A stretch of 64,000 bases of DNA from Candidatus Gastranaerophilaceae bacterium (GCA_041678605.1 JBAYNW010000001.1:13947-77946); one strand, 5' to 3'. Positions 28,832 to 37,918 are shown, counted from the stretch's first letter. Made by a program: numbers and translations. Notes: generated by a model from the sequence alone, not told the origin.

Positions 28832-29282
28832 AGTGATTAAGTGACTAGGTGACTAAGTGATTAAGTGCAATTAAGTTTTTTTATCTAAATATTTTTTTAA
28901 TCCTGATGTTAAAGCACTAATTTTACCTAATTCATTCAGCAATACATCTAAATTATCTAAATATCCTAAATTTTTTGAAATAATCAATTGAGTTTCAAGT
29001 TCGGCAATTGACCCTAACGCAATATCTAGAAATCTTGAAGTTTCTCTAGCCGAGTATCTGGCACAACCCTCTGCAATATTTGAAGGAATAGAGATAACGC
29101 ATCTCCTAATTTGATTTGTTAAACTAAACATTTCATATTTAGGAAATTTATTTGTAATTAAATAAATTTTTGTTACGAAATTAATTGATTCTTTCCAAGC
29201 TTCTAAATCTTTATGATGCATCCTTATTTATATCCTTCTTTTTGTTGCACTTAGTCACTTAATCACCTAGTCACTTAGTTAC
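28832..29282. mobile_element. cassette: four-helix-bundle gene bounded by ~40-bp imperfect terminal inverted repeats of the CACTTAATCAC module
   Basis: Left AAGTGATTAAGTGACTAGGTGACTAAGTGATTAAGTGCAA (28832-28871). Right TTGCACTTAGTCACTTAATCACCTAGTCACTTAGTTACTT (29243-29282). About 36/40 complementary. Confidence 0.4.
28871..29221 (-). CDS. four-helix-bundle protein (23S rRNA intervening-sequence protein / Avd-like family)
   Basis: Motifs DLEAWKES, FPK.E.FSLTNQIRR...SIPSNIAEG and GS..ELETQL. Confidence 0.85.
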   Translation of the reverse strand: MHHKDLEAWKESINFVTKIYLITNKFPKYEMFSLTNQIRRCVISIPSNIAEGCARYSARETSRFLDIALGSIAELETQLIISKNLGYLDNLDVLLNELGKISALTSGLKKYLDKKT

Positions 29283-29287
29283 TTTTA

Positions 29288-29779
29288 TTACCTTCCCATT
29301 ATTTTTTTAGTTTCAACAAGATTAGGTTTTGGCATTTGTGTTTTTGGTGCGGGGGTATATTTCATGCCTTCCTCGGTTTGTTTCGAGAAATCAAACCTTT
29401 GAGAACCTTTCATTAGGTCTTTAAGATTAGCTTTATCCTTGATTTTATCCTTCATTTCCCCCTGAAAAGGACGGGTATACTTATAATATTCAGTCGGCAG
29501 GGCATAACTGTCGCTCTTTGGAACAACATCAAACGCCATCAAAAATCCTTCGTTCATCAAATTCGTGAGCAGTCGTACGTATCCGTAACCGCCTATTATA
29601 ATAACCAAAAATACGGCTAAAATTTTCGGAGCAGCCGCAATCGTTTGCTCCTGAACCTGAGTTACCGCCTGCAAAACCCCGATTACAAGTCCTACCAGTG
29701 CTGCTACCAGTACACAGGGCATGGATATCAGCAGCATAACCACAAAACCTCTTGCCATATATTCTACTAATAGTTCCAT
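29288..29779 (-). CDS. fliQ: flagellar biosynthetic protein FliQ with ~75-aa C-terminal extension
   Basis: The first ~88 aa match the FliQ pattern (LQAVTQVQEQTIAAAPKI). The rest is a Lys-rich tail. Confidence 0.8.
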   Translation of the reverse strand: MELLVEYMARGFVVMLLISMPCVLVAALVGLVIGVLQAVTQVQEQTIAAAPKILAVFLVIIIGGYGYVRLLTNLMNEGFLMAFDVVPKSDSYALPTEYYKYTRPFQGEMKDKIKDKANLKDLMKGSQRFDFSKQTEEGMKYTPAPKTQMPKPNLVETKKIMGR

Positions 29780-29876
29780 GTTTTATTTCCTTCTTTTTCT
29801 GTTTTTGTTTTGGATGAAATCCTGAACAAGTTCAGGAGGACACATTTATAAGGCTCGTTTTTCGCCAAGAGCTGCG

Positions 29877-30518
29877 TCAATTGTAGCTGCTAACAAGTCC
29901 TTGTACTATCAACGCCCAACCATCGACCGCAATAAAGATTAGGAGTTTGAACGGCAGTGAAATAATCGTCGGTGATAACATAAACATCCCCAACGCAAGC
30001 AGGATGTTTGCAACCACCAAATCCAGCACGATAAACGGAACGAAAATTATAAAACCGATTTCAAAAGAAGTTTTTAATTCGCTCGTGATAAATGCCGGTG
30101 CAACCTGCCAAATGGTTATTTCTTCCGGTGATTTTGGCGGATTTTTTTGCGAAAGCGACACGAAGAACTCCAAATCCTGCTGCCGCGTCTGTTTCATCAT
30201 GAATTCTTTTAAAGGTTTTGAACCCTCTTCAATTGCAAGCACAATATTCCCCGTTTTGTTGTACGGAACTTGCCCCATGTCATACATTTTTTGAAAGACA
30301 GGACCCATTGTGTAGAAAGTTAAAATCATCGACAAACCTATAATTACTATTGCCGGCGGAACCTGCTGCGTGCCGAGTGCGGTTTTTAGCATTGAAAACA
30401 CTATGACAAATCTCAAAAAGCTTGTCATGCAGCTAAAAACGAATGGCAAAAGTGAAAATACACTCATTACCACCAACATTTGTATGACCGGATTCATATC
30501 CTTTAAAACAGATTCCAT
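29877..30518 (-). CDS. fliP: flagellar biosynthetic protein FliP
   Basis: MTSFLRFVIVFSMLKTALGTQQVPP and GLSMILTFYTMGPV motifs. Confidence 0.85.
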   Translation of the reverse strand: MESVLKDMNPVIQMLVVMSVFSLLPFVFSCMTSFLRFVIVFSMLKTALGTQQVPPAIVIIGLSMILTFYTMGPVFQKMYDMGQVPYNKTGNIVLAIEEGSKPLKEFMMKQTRQQDLEFFVSLSQKNPPKSPEEITIWQVAPAFITSELKTSFEIGFIIFVPFIVLDLVVANILLALGMFMLSPTIISLPFKLLIFIAVDGWALIVQGLVSSYN

Positions 30519-30531
30519 ATTTATTCCTCTT

Positions 30532-30948
30532 TTATATTACACTTAGCTTCTTTGCCAACTCTCTCATCATCGGTCCCTTTTTTGAACGTTCTTTTTCAAA
30601 ATCTATTATCGAGGCAAATTCCCCCAGACTTTCTATCCCGTCAAAACTACTCAGTTCTGAACTTTTATCTTCTCTAAGAGGCTTCGATTCTTTTTCGAAA
30701 TCCTTGCCCAGCCTTGCAATTAAAGCAGTTCTGTCAATATCGGCGGCGATTAAAAATCTTTCATTCTCCGCATTTATCACATAGAGTGTCTTTCTAGGAG
30801 ACAGGCTCATTGACTCCTCTATATTTAACATCCCTGATTTTTTGGAAAAACATTTGTTAGAAAATGTTTTGAACACAAAAAGTGCAAGAAAAATTACACC
30901 TATCATTGCAAGTGTGTATACTAAAAAACTAACTAAGTATCCTGTCAT
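30532..30948 (-). CDS. FliO/FliZ-like single-pass flagellar export protein
   Basis: One N-terminal TM helix. Assignment rests on position immediately upstream of fliP, so it is positional only. Confidence 0.45.
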   Translation of the reverse strand: MTGYLVSFLVYTLAMIGVIFLALFVFKTFSNKCFSKKSGMLNIEESMSLSPRKTLYVINAENERFLIAADIDRTALIARLGKDFEKESKPLREDKSSELSSFDGIESLGEFASIIDFEKERSKKGPMMRELAKKLSVI

Positions 30949-30984
30949 TTTGCCTCCCCGTTATTTTTACTGTTTACCGTTTCC

Positions 30985-32157
30985 TCAAATGTCCTGATCA
31001 TCAAGCTCGAAATCGCTGTAATCGAACTCTTCATCCGCTTTGCTGTTGCTTTCGCTCTCTTGAGGTTCTTGCTGTTGTGCTTCGGTTTCTTCTCCGGAAT
31101 TTTCGGTCTGCACCTGAGTTATTTGTTCCGCCTGATTTTTTTCAGAGGCAAAAACCTCATCCACCCTCACTCCGTAGCGGTCGTTAACAATTACCAGTTC
31201 GCCTTTTGCGATGGTTTTGTTTTCCACTTTTAGAAAAATTTTGTTGTTATAAACCGAACTTATATCCACGACAAGACCCTGTTCAATATTTTTCAGTTCT
31301 CCGAGAGTTATTTTTACTTTTTCAAACTCTGCACCCATCTCGACCTGAATATTGTCCCATAAGTCTTTAGATAAAGCATTTTCTTCCATGTTATGTCCTC
31401 CGTTGTTGTTGGCTGATGTTATTAGACCCGGATTGGGGCTGACCTTAAAATCTTGTTCGTAATCTTCATAAATGAGCTTCATTGAGTGAATGTCACTGTT
31501 TTCGAAAACAACTATGTCCTCTTTTTCCAAATTTTTTAATTCTTTTAGCAAGAATTTTGTAGTCCCGACTTTTATGTTCACCGGCAATTTGCTTGTTTTG
31601 AAATCCGAAACATCAAATTTTTCACTCTCCACTTTGACGGCCTCGGGGGATAGTAAAACCTGCGGCAGAGAAACTATTAATTTTGCTCCGTTATCCGATT
31701 CTTTTTCTTTGATAAAGAAGGTTAAATGAATTGTGTCCATGTTCTTTCTTTTTGGGGACTTAGGGACAGACGAAGTCAAAAACTTTGAGATACTGTTATA
31801 CAAATAATCGTTGAATGAGCTTATTATCTTTGCTTCCAGCTCAGTTACATTCGTCAAATTAAATTTTTCATTTTTGCCCAAAATTTTGTCCAGAATAATT
31901 TTGACTGCATTTTCCGAACACCTTAAGAAAACTTCATGCTGCTTATCTACACGGATTTTGGTTACAAAATAATCGTCGCCTTGAAACAAAACATTCATAT
32001 TTTTGCTCACGGATATTAACTTGAAAGAAGAAAGCCCCGAGAAAAAATCGTCGCCTGCCGTTTGTATTGACGGCAAAAAAGTTTGGTAAAACCAGTTGTA
32101 CTGGTCGTACAGCTCATCTTTTAAAATTATTTTTGCTTCAGTTTTAACTTCACTCAA
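30985..32157 (-). CDS. flagellar motor switch protein of the FliM/FliN (SpoA domain) family with acidic C-terminal tail
   Basis: C-terminal SpoA-like segment LGELKNIEQGLVVDI......IFLKVENKTIAKGELVIVNDRYGVRVDEV. TTG start. No LSQEEID CheY-binding motif seen. Confidence 0.6.
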   Translation of the reverse strand: MSEVKTEAKIILKDELYDQYNWFYQTFLPSIQTAGDDFFSGLSSFKLISVSKNMNVLFQGDDYFVTKIRVDKQHEVFLRCSENAVKIILDKILGKNEKFNLTNVTELEAKIISSFNDYLYNSISKFLTSSVPKSPKRKNMDTIHLTFFIKEKESDNGAKLIVSLPQVLLSPEAVKVESEKFDVSDFKTSKLPVNIKVGTTKFLLKELKNLEKEDIVVFENSDIHSMKLIYEDYEQDFKVSPNPGLITSANNNGGHNMEENALSKDLWDNIQVEMGAEFEKVKITLGELKNIEQGLVVDISSVYNNKIFLKVENKTIAKGELVIVNDRYGVRVDEVFASEKNQAEQITQVQTENSGEETEAQQQEPQESESNSKADEEFDYSDFELDDQDI

Positions 32158-32263
32158 ATTCTATCCCCGTCCCAAATTAAAGCTCAATCCCCAATGATAG
32201 AATAAGGCTTACAAGCAGATATCACATCAACTATTTGCTGTATTTATGGTTGTTTAAATTGAC

Positions 32264-32348
32264 GAAGGAAGAGGAAACGGTGAGACGTGAGAGGGAAGAC
32301 GTGAGAAGAGAAACGAGAAGCTTTGAGGTTCAGAAGGTTAGAGGTTTA
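32264..32348. repeat. short heptamer array (GTGAGAC/GAAACG/GGTT units)
   Basis: GAAACGGTGAGACGTGAGAGGGAAGACGTGAGAAGAGAAACGAG ... GAGGTTCAGAAGGTTAGAGGTTTAG. Confidence 0.75.
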
Positions 32349-32379
32349 GTAATATAAACCAAACTTCCCGTTTCCCCCG

Positions 32380-33141
32380 TCAATAACTCATCTGCCAGCC
32401 TTCGTCGATGATTCTGCCGATACAATAGGAACCGGATTTATTTGTTCCGCCGTTATATCCGTCGTTACAAAGCTTGTTGGATTTCCAGTAGGTAAGTTTA
32501 GCCCCGCCAACGGGATATAATGCAGGGCCATTATCATTGACAATCCTAAAGTAAAATATATCGCGACCAAAAGCATTTGGTTTTTTGAGCCCGTTTACAT
32601 CAATATAAACACTTGCCATACATACTTTTGTCAGAGAATCAGCTGAACCGCTGCAACCTAAATATGGGGTTTTGCCAAGAAAAACCGACATACCATCCGC
32701 TGTTATAAACCTGTAATAAGATGTCCAATCATATCCACTTGAAGTGTTAGTGCCATCAAAATTTAGTGCTATTGTATTTGAAAAACAGCCTGAGGTTGTC
32801 GTATCACAATTCTTTGCCACATTAAAATAAGCAGCTATCTTATCGCCCATAGTTTTTGCATCGGCCGAATCAAAGAAGCAGCTTAAATCACCTATGCATC
32901 CTGAATCTGCGGCCATCTGGATTAATGCCTGATTCCACAAGGAGTAAGCTTTTCTCACGCCTGCGACGTATCCTACTTTTTGGGATTCGGCAATCAGTCC
33001 CGGAATCATAAGCCCTGCGACCACGCCGATAATGCCGATTGTGACTAAAACTTCGGCGAGAGTGAAGGCGAGTGAGCGAAAGAAAACTCCCTGCTGTTGG
33101 GCTTGCCAGCCCAACCTACTTTGTTTTTTATCGGATTTCAT
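32380..33141 (-). CDS. prepilin-type N-terminal cleavage/methylation domain protein (pilin/pseudopilin-like)
   Basis: FTLAEVLVTIGIIGVVAGL class III signal region. C-terminal IDVNG.KKPN..GRDIF motif shared with ORF 57501-58193. Confidence 0.7.
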   Translation of the reverse strand: MKSDKKQSRLGWQAQQQGVFFRSLAFTLAEVLVTIGIIGVVAGLMIPGLIAESQKVGYVAGVRKAYSLWNQALIQMAADSGCIGDLSCFFDSADAKTMGDKIAAYFNVAKNCDTTTSGCFSNTIALNFDGTNTSSGYDWTSYYRFITADGMSVFLGKTPYLGCSGSADSLTKVCMASVYIDVNGLKKPNAFGRDIFYFRIVNDNGPALYPVGGAKLTYWKSNKLCNDGYNGGTNKSGSYCIGRIIDEGWQMSY

Positions 33142-33168
33142 AAATCTTTTCCTTCCAAAGCTTCATTT

Positions 33169-33205
33169 TGCTAGTACCACTAGTTGTAACCCATGCTAGT
33201 ATAGC
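33169..33205. promoter_or_regulatory. candidate operator in divergent XRE/prepilin intergenic region
   Basis: Direct repeat TGCTAGTA (33169-33176 and 33194-33201). Small palindromes CTAGTACCACTAG and GCTAGTATAGC. Confidence 0.3.
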
Positions 33206-33218
33206 TAACAATTAGGAA

Positions 33219-33434
33219 ATGGACAAGGAATATTTACAAAAATTTGCAAACAATCTGAAAAAAATTAGGAACAAAAAAGGCCTAAAACAAGACGACTTAG
33301 CTGTTTCGGATGAAATTTCGCGTTCCATGATAAGTCTGGTTGAGACGGTAAAAACAGACCTCACCGTTACCAAGGTAAAAATAATTGCCGATGCCCTTGG
33401 TGTAAACCCCAAGGAGTTATTTGATTTTGATTAG
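33219..33434 (+). CDS. XRE-family helix-turn-helix transcriptional regulator
   Basis: LKKIRNKKGLKQDDLA....ISRSMISLVE HTH pattern; 71 aa. Confidence 0.75.
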   Translation: MDKEYLQKFANNLKKIRNKKGLKQDDLAVSDEISRSMISLVETVKTDLTVTKVKIIADALGVNPKELFDFD

Positions 33435-33441
33435 CCGCAGT

Positions 33442-33801
33442 TTAGCCATAACGTTTGATTAATGCTTCATTGATGAGGTGGGAAACTGAAACACCCTCGT
33501 CTTCAGACTTTTTTAAAAGTTTTAAATGCATAGACTTGGAAGTCCTGACGTTAATTTTTCCGTTCGCCTTGCTTTCATCAATTAAAACAGGCTCAACGCC
33601 ATCTTCCAAAAGAGTTTCTACGTATAATTCAAGAGCTTCCTTAATGTTTTTTTCAGCTTCTTCAATCGTATCTCCGCCGGAATAGCAGGAAATACCCTCA
33701 ACTCTGGCGGCATAGCCTTCGGATGGGACATACTCAAATTCAAACTTCCAAGGTAAGCTTAAATAATATTCTTTTGTTTTTAATTCTTTTTTGTCATTCA
33801 T
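33442..33801 (-). CDS. hicB: HicB-family antitoxin (no adjacent HicA)
   Basis: YAARVEGISCYSGGDTIEEAEKNIKEALELYVE HicB fold pattern, plus a C-terminal ribbon-helix-helix-like segment (MHLKLLKKSEDEGVSVSHLINEAL). Confidence 0.7.
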   Translation of the reverse strand: MNDKKELKTKEYYLSLPWKFEFEYVPSEGYAARVEGISCYSGGDTIEEAEKNIKEALELYVETLLEDGVEPVLIDESKANGKINVRTSKSMHLKLLKKSEDEGVSVSHLINEALIKRYG

Positions 33802-33829
33802 AATATTTCTCCCATGCGTTTAATGCATC

Positions 33830-34576
33830 TTACTCCAATTTTTGTAAAATATCGTCTGAAATGTCAAAATTTGAATAGACGTTTTGAACGTCGTCGTGTT
33901 CTTCAATCTTTTCCAAAAGTTTTAAAATCTGCCCTGCTGTTTTTTCGTTCGTAACTTCAATATTATTCTGGGGCAATCTCGTTAATTCGGCGTTTGAACT
34001 TTTGAATCCCTCTTTCTCAAGCCCCTCAACCACTTTTTGGAAATTTTCAACAGAAGTCACAACCTTATATTCTTCATCCTCTTCCTGAATATCGTCCGCA
34101 CCCAACTCGACCGCGGCCTCAAAAAGTTTTTCGAAATCAACCGATTTTTCAAAAGAAACCGCTCCAACTGGTTTAAACATCCAGCCCACACAGCCGTTTT
34201 CGCCCAAATTTCCGTTGAATTTGGTGAAATAACTCCTGATATCGCCAGCCGTTCTGTTTCTGTTATCTGTCAACGCCTCAATAAAGATAGCCACGCCGCC
34301 CGCTCCGTAACCTTCATAAGTCAGCTCCTCAAAGTTTTCACTGCCCGAAAGCCCCGCACCTTTTTCGATTGCACGTTTAATATTATCGGCAGGAAGCCCC
34401 GCCGCTTTCGCCTTTTCTATCGCAGTTCTTAACCTGAAATTCGAACCGGCATCAGCTCCGCCCATCTTGGCAGAAACCATTAATTCTCTCGAATACTTCT
34501 GAAACACAACCGCTCTGGCCGAATCCACCTTCGCCTTTTTATGTTTAATCGTTGACCACTTTGAATGTCCTGACAA
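33830..34576 (-). CDS. YebC/PmpR family DNA-binding transcriptional regulator
   Basis: MSGHSKWSTIKHKKAKVD, NFRLRTAIEKAKAAGLPADNIKRAIEKG. Confidence 0.9.
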   Translation of the reverse strand: MSGHSKWSTIKHKKAKVDSARAVVFQKYSRELMVSAKMGGADAGSNFRLRTAIEKAKAAGLPADNIKRAIEKGAGLSGSENFEELTYEGYGAGGVAIFIEALTDNRNRTAGDIRSYFTKFNGNLGENGCVGWMFKPVGAVSFEKSVDFEKLFEAAVELGADDIQEEDEEYKVVTSVENFQKVVEGLEKEGFKSSNAELTRLPQNNIEVTNEKTAGQILKLLEKIEEHDDVQNVYSNFDISDDILQKLE

Positions 34577-34630
34577 TTCTTCGCCTCCTGTTAACTTGTT
34601 CGCTTACTCCCCATTTTAAACTAAACACAG

Positions 34631-35782
34631 CTATTTGCAAAACTTTTTTGTAACTTTGCATGCGAGGGCAAAGTACAAAACGCAAAGTCCGACTAAGACC
34701 CAAAAATCGCCCTGAACTTGGTGAAAGACGGCACCCATCTGGTTTACCCTTGTCAGTCCATCCATTGTAGCCGTTGCAGGAATGAATTTTGAGCCGGCAA
34801 TCAGCCACAATGGCATAGACTCTTTTGGCCAGACAAAACCGGGTAAAAATATCATCGGCAAAGATGTTACAACAAGAATTAAGAGCGAATTTTCTCTTTC
34901 CGTGTAAAAATATACCAACGCTTGTGCCAAAAACGCAACAGACAGGAAAAACGGGATTAAAAGTAAGTACAATAACCCGATATTATAGGTCATTTCGTAC
35001 ACAAACAGGCTCGGGTAGATTAAGAAACAAAATATCGAGTAAAACAAATAAAGCGAAATATATGCCATGCTTTTGCCCAAAACTATTTCCACAGGGTTGT
35101 TTGAATATTCACAAAATGCTTTTGAGACGCCATTATTAAGCCTTTCTCTCACAGTTCCGCCCAAAAGGCCGGCTCCGACAAGCATTGTTTGCTGCAAAAT
35201 CAAAATCAGAACCAGCGGGTAAATGTAGTTTTCATAACTTCCCGCAGGGTTATAAAGCGGAATCTGGATAAATTCAAACGGAAGTTTTACGCTCATAGCC
35301 TGCTGTTTGCTGAATCCCTTTTTCATAAACTTGCCTATCTCAAGCTTTGCCCCCAATGATGATGCCGTTGTTAAAATTCCTGTTGAAACCTGTTTATACA
35401 CAATTAAATAAGCACTGTCCTCAAATGAGGCAATGTAAGAGTTTCCGCCTCTGAAAATATCTTTTTCGAAATCTTCCGGAATGACAATATAGGCTCTGAT
35501 TTTGTTGGCATAGAATTCTGTTTTGGCTTCGTTCACGTCTATCGGACGGCTTGCAATCTTTATAAATTCGTTGCTGTCTAAATCCCTTATCAATTCCCTT
35601 GAAAGTGAACTGTTGTCAAAATCAACCACCCCGATAGGAACATCCCTCAATATCTGGTTAGCAAACGGAATTGTGTAAAACAGCGAATACATAAACACCC
35701 CGATTACCATAATCAAAAGCGAACCCGGATCTTTCAGCATCGTAATAAATTCATTTTTCCAAATTTTAAGTATATTTTTCAT
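34631..35782 (-). CDS. ABC-2 type transporter permease (YhhJ-like)
   Basis: N-terminal TM, large periplasmic loop, C-terminal 5-TM block. The ATG at 35782 overlaps the upstream stop as ATGA. Confidence 0.7.
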   Translation of the reverse strand: MKNILKIWKNEFITMLKDPGSLLIMVIGVFMYSLFYTIPFANQILRDVPIGVVDFDNSSLSRELIRDLDSNEFIKIASRPIDVNEAKTEFYANKIRAYIVIPEDFEKDIFRGGNSYIASFEDSAYLIVYKQVSTGILTTASSLGAKLEIGKFMKKGFSKQQAMSVKLPFEFIQIPLYNPAGSYENYIYPLVLILILQQTMLVGAGLLGGTVRERLNNGVSKAFCEYSNNPVEIVLGKSMAYISLYLFYSIFCFLIYPSLFVYEMTYNIGLLYLLLIPFFLSVAFLAQALVYFYTERENSLLILVVTSLPMIFLPGFVWPKESMPLWLIAGSKFIPATATMDGLTRVNQMGAVFHQVQGDFWVLVGLCVLYFALACKVTKKFCK

Positions 35783-36948
35783 ATTTTGTACCATTGTTTT
35801 TCGTCTTGTGCGTGTTTTTTCAATAACGGCAAAAATGCCGCCCCGAAAAGTGCAAGCAGAATCAGCCACCGAATATAAACCATGTCAAATACAGGCGGAA
35901 TTTCCCTTAAGGATTGGTCAATCAACAAGCTTATATAAGGTCTTAAGGGAAGTAAGGCACTATAAAATTTCGCAAACGCCGGCATGGCAATCGCCGGATA
36001 AGTCATGCCGGCAAAAGTAAATCCCAAAGATGTGTAAAAAGCCCCGCAGCTGAACGACAGCCTCAAGTTTGAGGTGATTGCCACAAACATAATTCCGATA
36101 AGCTGATACGCAAGGATAAACAGAAGAGTCCCAAACGCTAAAAATATGATACTCCCCTTAAAAGGAGCTCCATAACCCAGAAAATATATCAGGTACACAA
36201 GTCCCGAAACAATCATGAAATTTAAAATATAAGGTGTCAATTTACCGAAAATGCCGGTTAAAATGGAGCCGCCGGCTGTTTCCATCCACTCTTTTGTAGT
36301 GCCTTCCTTAAATTCAATTCCTACTGCCCAGATTGCCAAAAAGGCGATTAGGATTTGGAAAGTATGGACAAAAGCCGCAAGCGAAAGAAAGTAAGAGTAA
36401 TTCAAATATGGATTTGAGCGGACATGTTCATCCACTCTTATCAGATTTATCCTTGATAGTGCAACATCCTTCGGTAAGCCCTTTTTCATCTGAATTTTGG
36501 CGTTTACCCCCACCATAACGGTTTGAACGGCCATGGTCACGTCTTTGGTTATAATTCCGCCTATCAAAAGCAGTTGGTTGTTATAGTAATAGACCAGCTT
36601 CGGGTAAGTTCCCCTGTAAATATCTCTTGTAAAATCCCTTGGAATAACAAGAAGGGCATAGGTTTGCCCGCCGACAATCAGCTGACGGCCTTCCTCAAGG
36701 CTGGTCACATGATATTTGACTTCGCAGGTTGGCGTTGCGTCCACCATTCGGGCAATTTTTCTTGACAGACTTGAATTGTCCTGATCTAAAACGGCAATCG
36801 GCAGATTTTTGGGAGAACCTTCCTTGAAAGTTTCGCCTAGTATAAAACAAATAACCAGAGGCACAACAAACATAATAACCAAAAGCACAGGCTTTTTGAA
36901 AATCTTTCCAAACTCTCGTTTTGCCACGTTAATGAATGTATTCGCCAT
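35779..36948 (-). CDS. ABC-2 type transporter permease (YhhJ-like), paralog
   Basis: Same architecture as the downstream gene. No ATPase gene is adjacent. Confidence 0.7.
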   Translation of the reverse strand: MANTFINVAKREFGKIFKKPVLLVIMFVVPLVICFILGETFKEGSPKNLPIAVLDQDNSSLSRKIARMVDATPTCEVKYHVTSLEEGRQLIVGGQTYALLVIPRDFTRDIYRGTYPKLVYYYNNQLLLIGGIITKDVTMAVQTVMVGVNAKIQMKKGLPKDVALSRINLIRVDEHVRSNPYLNYSYFLSLAAFVHTFQILIAFLAIWAVGIEFKEGTTKEWMETAGGSILTGIFGKLTPYILNFMIVSGLVYLIYFLGYGAPFKGSIIFLAFGTLLFILAYQLIGIMFVAITSNLRLSFSCGAFYTSLGFTFAGMTYPAIAMPAFAKFYSALLPLRPYISLLIDQSLREIPPVFDMVYIRWLILLALFGAAFLPLLKKHAQDEKQWYKI

Positions 36949-37291
36949 TTTCTCCCCTATATTGCTTCATAAATCAATTGTAACACTAAAAAACCGGCAT
37001 CCACAGTCCGGCAAAAGCCATGCTTTCCTCTCGGCATAGTTTGGTTATTTTTGGTTTTTTGTCCGGACATGGTACGAAATTTGCCAAGCCTCAGATTTGT
37101 TAAGTTTTATTAAGATAAGGTACGCATTTTAAAAATGGTGTAAAATACAGTATATGATGGGTTTTTGAGAAGTGAGGGTTTATTTTTTCAAAAAATAATT
37201 ATATAATTTCTTAATAAACTAGCAAAAAAAATTCCGGGCATGTTTTATAACATAATAAATAGGTAAATACAAAAAGAAACGGGTAAAGATT

Positions 37292-37645
37292 ATGAGAGAA
37301 GTTAAAAACAACGTGGAGATTGGGAAAGCCCAAAAATCTGATTTAAGAACCGCCAAGGGGACGAAGGCAGAACCTCAATTTTGCGGTGAATTTGAGGAAG
37401 AATCAAGCATAAAAGATTTTTCCAACCCAAAAGCTGAAGCATTGGGCCGTTCACAAGTCAGCAAAACTGACAACGTAGAAAAAGACGTTGCTTTTGGTAA
37501 GGCTCATCCTGAGACAATAGAGCGTGCAGATAAACTCTTTGCTCTTGCGTTTAAAGGGCTTCGGGCTGCCGGAGATCCGGATGCTTATGAAAAAGCTTGT
37601 GCTATTTCGACCTCTTCTGATGCAAGAGATTTGCTTTCCAAGTAA
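37292..37645 (+). CDS. hypothetical protein
   Basis: 117-aa hydrophilic ORF with no recognisable domain. Confidence 0.4.
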   Translation: MREVKNNVEIGKAQKSDLRTAKGTKAEPQFCGEFEEESSIKDFSNPKAEALGRSQVSKTDNVEKDVAFGKAHPETIERADKLFALAFKGLRAAGDPDAYEKACAISTSSDARDLLSK

Positions 37646-37746
37646 ACAGAATTTCCTTGACGTAATATTTATTACAAAATATTACAAAAATGCTTAAGAA
37701 AATAAATTCGTTTTAACATCTCTTAACATTACACTTGTATTTTTGA

Positions 37747-37793
37747 TATATATGTGATATATTAAATATATATGTGATATATTAAATATATAC
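37747..37793. repeat. tandem 20-bp duplication ATATATGTGATATATTAAAT x2.3 upstream of the sigma factor gene
   Basis: Two exact copies at 37747-37766 and 37767-37786, followed by a partial third. Confidence 0.85.
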
Positions 37794-37918
37794 GTTACTT
37801 AAAAATGCCCCATTTATTCCCGTTTGAGCGGTATTTTCCGTACGCCGAAAAAGTATCTTTTAAGGGCGTTAGTTGTGATGAATAATTTTACGAGAATGTG
37901 AAAGTAGGAGTTTTATTT

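Noticed and set aside
34545-34808. ORF 34545-34808 (minus), bridging yebC and the ABC-2 permease gene.
   Set aside because: It overlaps the 5' end of yebC and the 3' end of the permease gene in other frames, and it has no domain or RBS. It is likely spurious.
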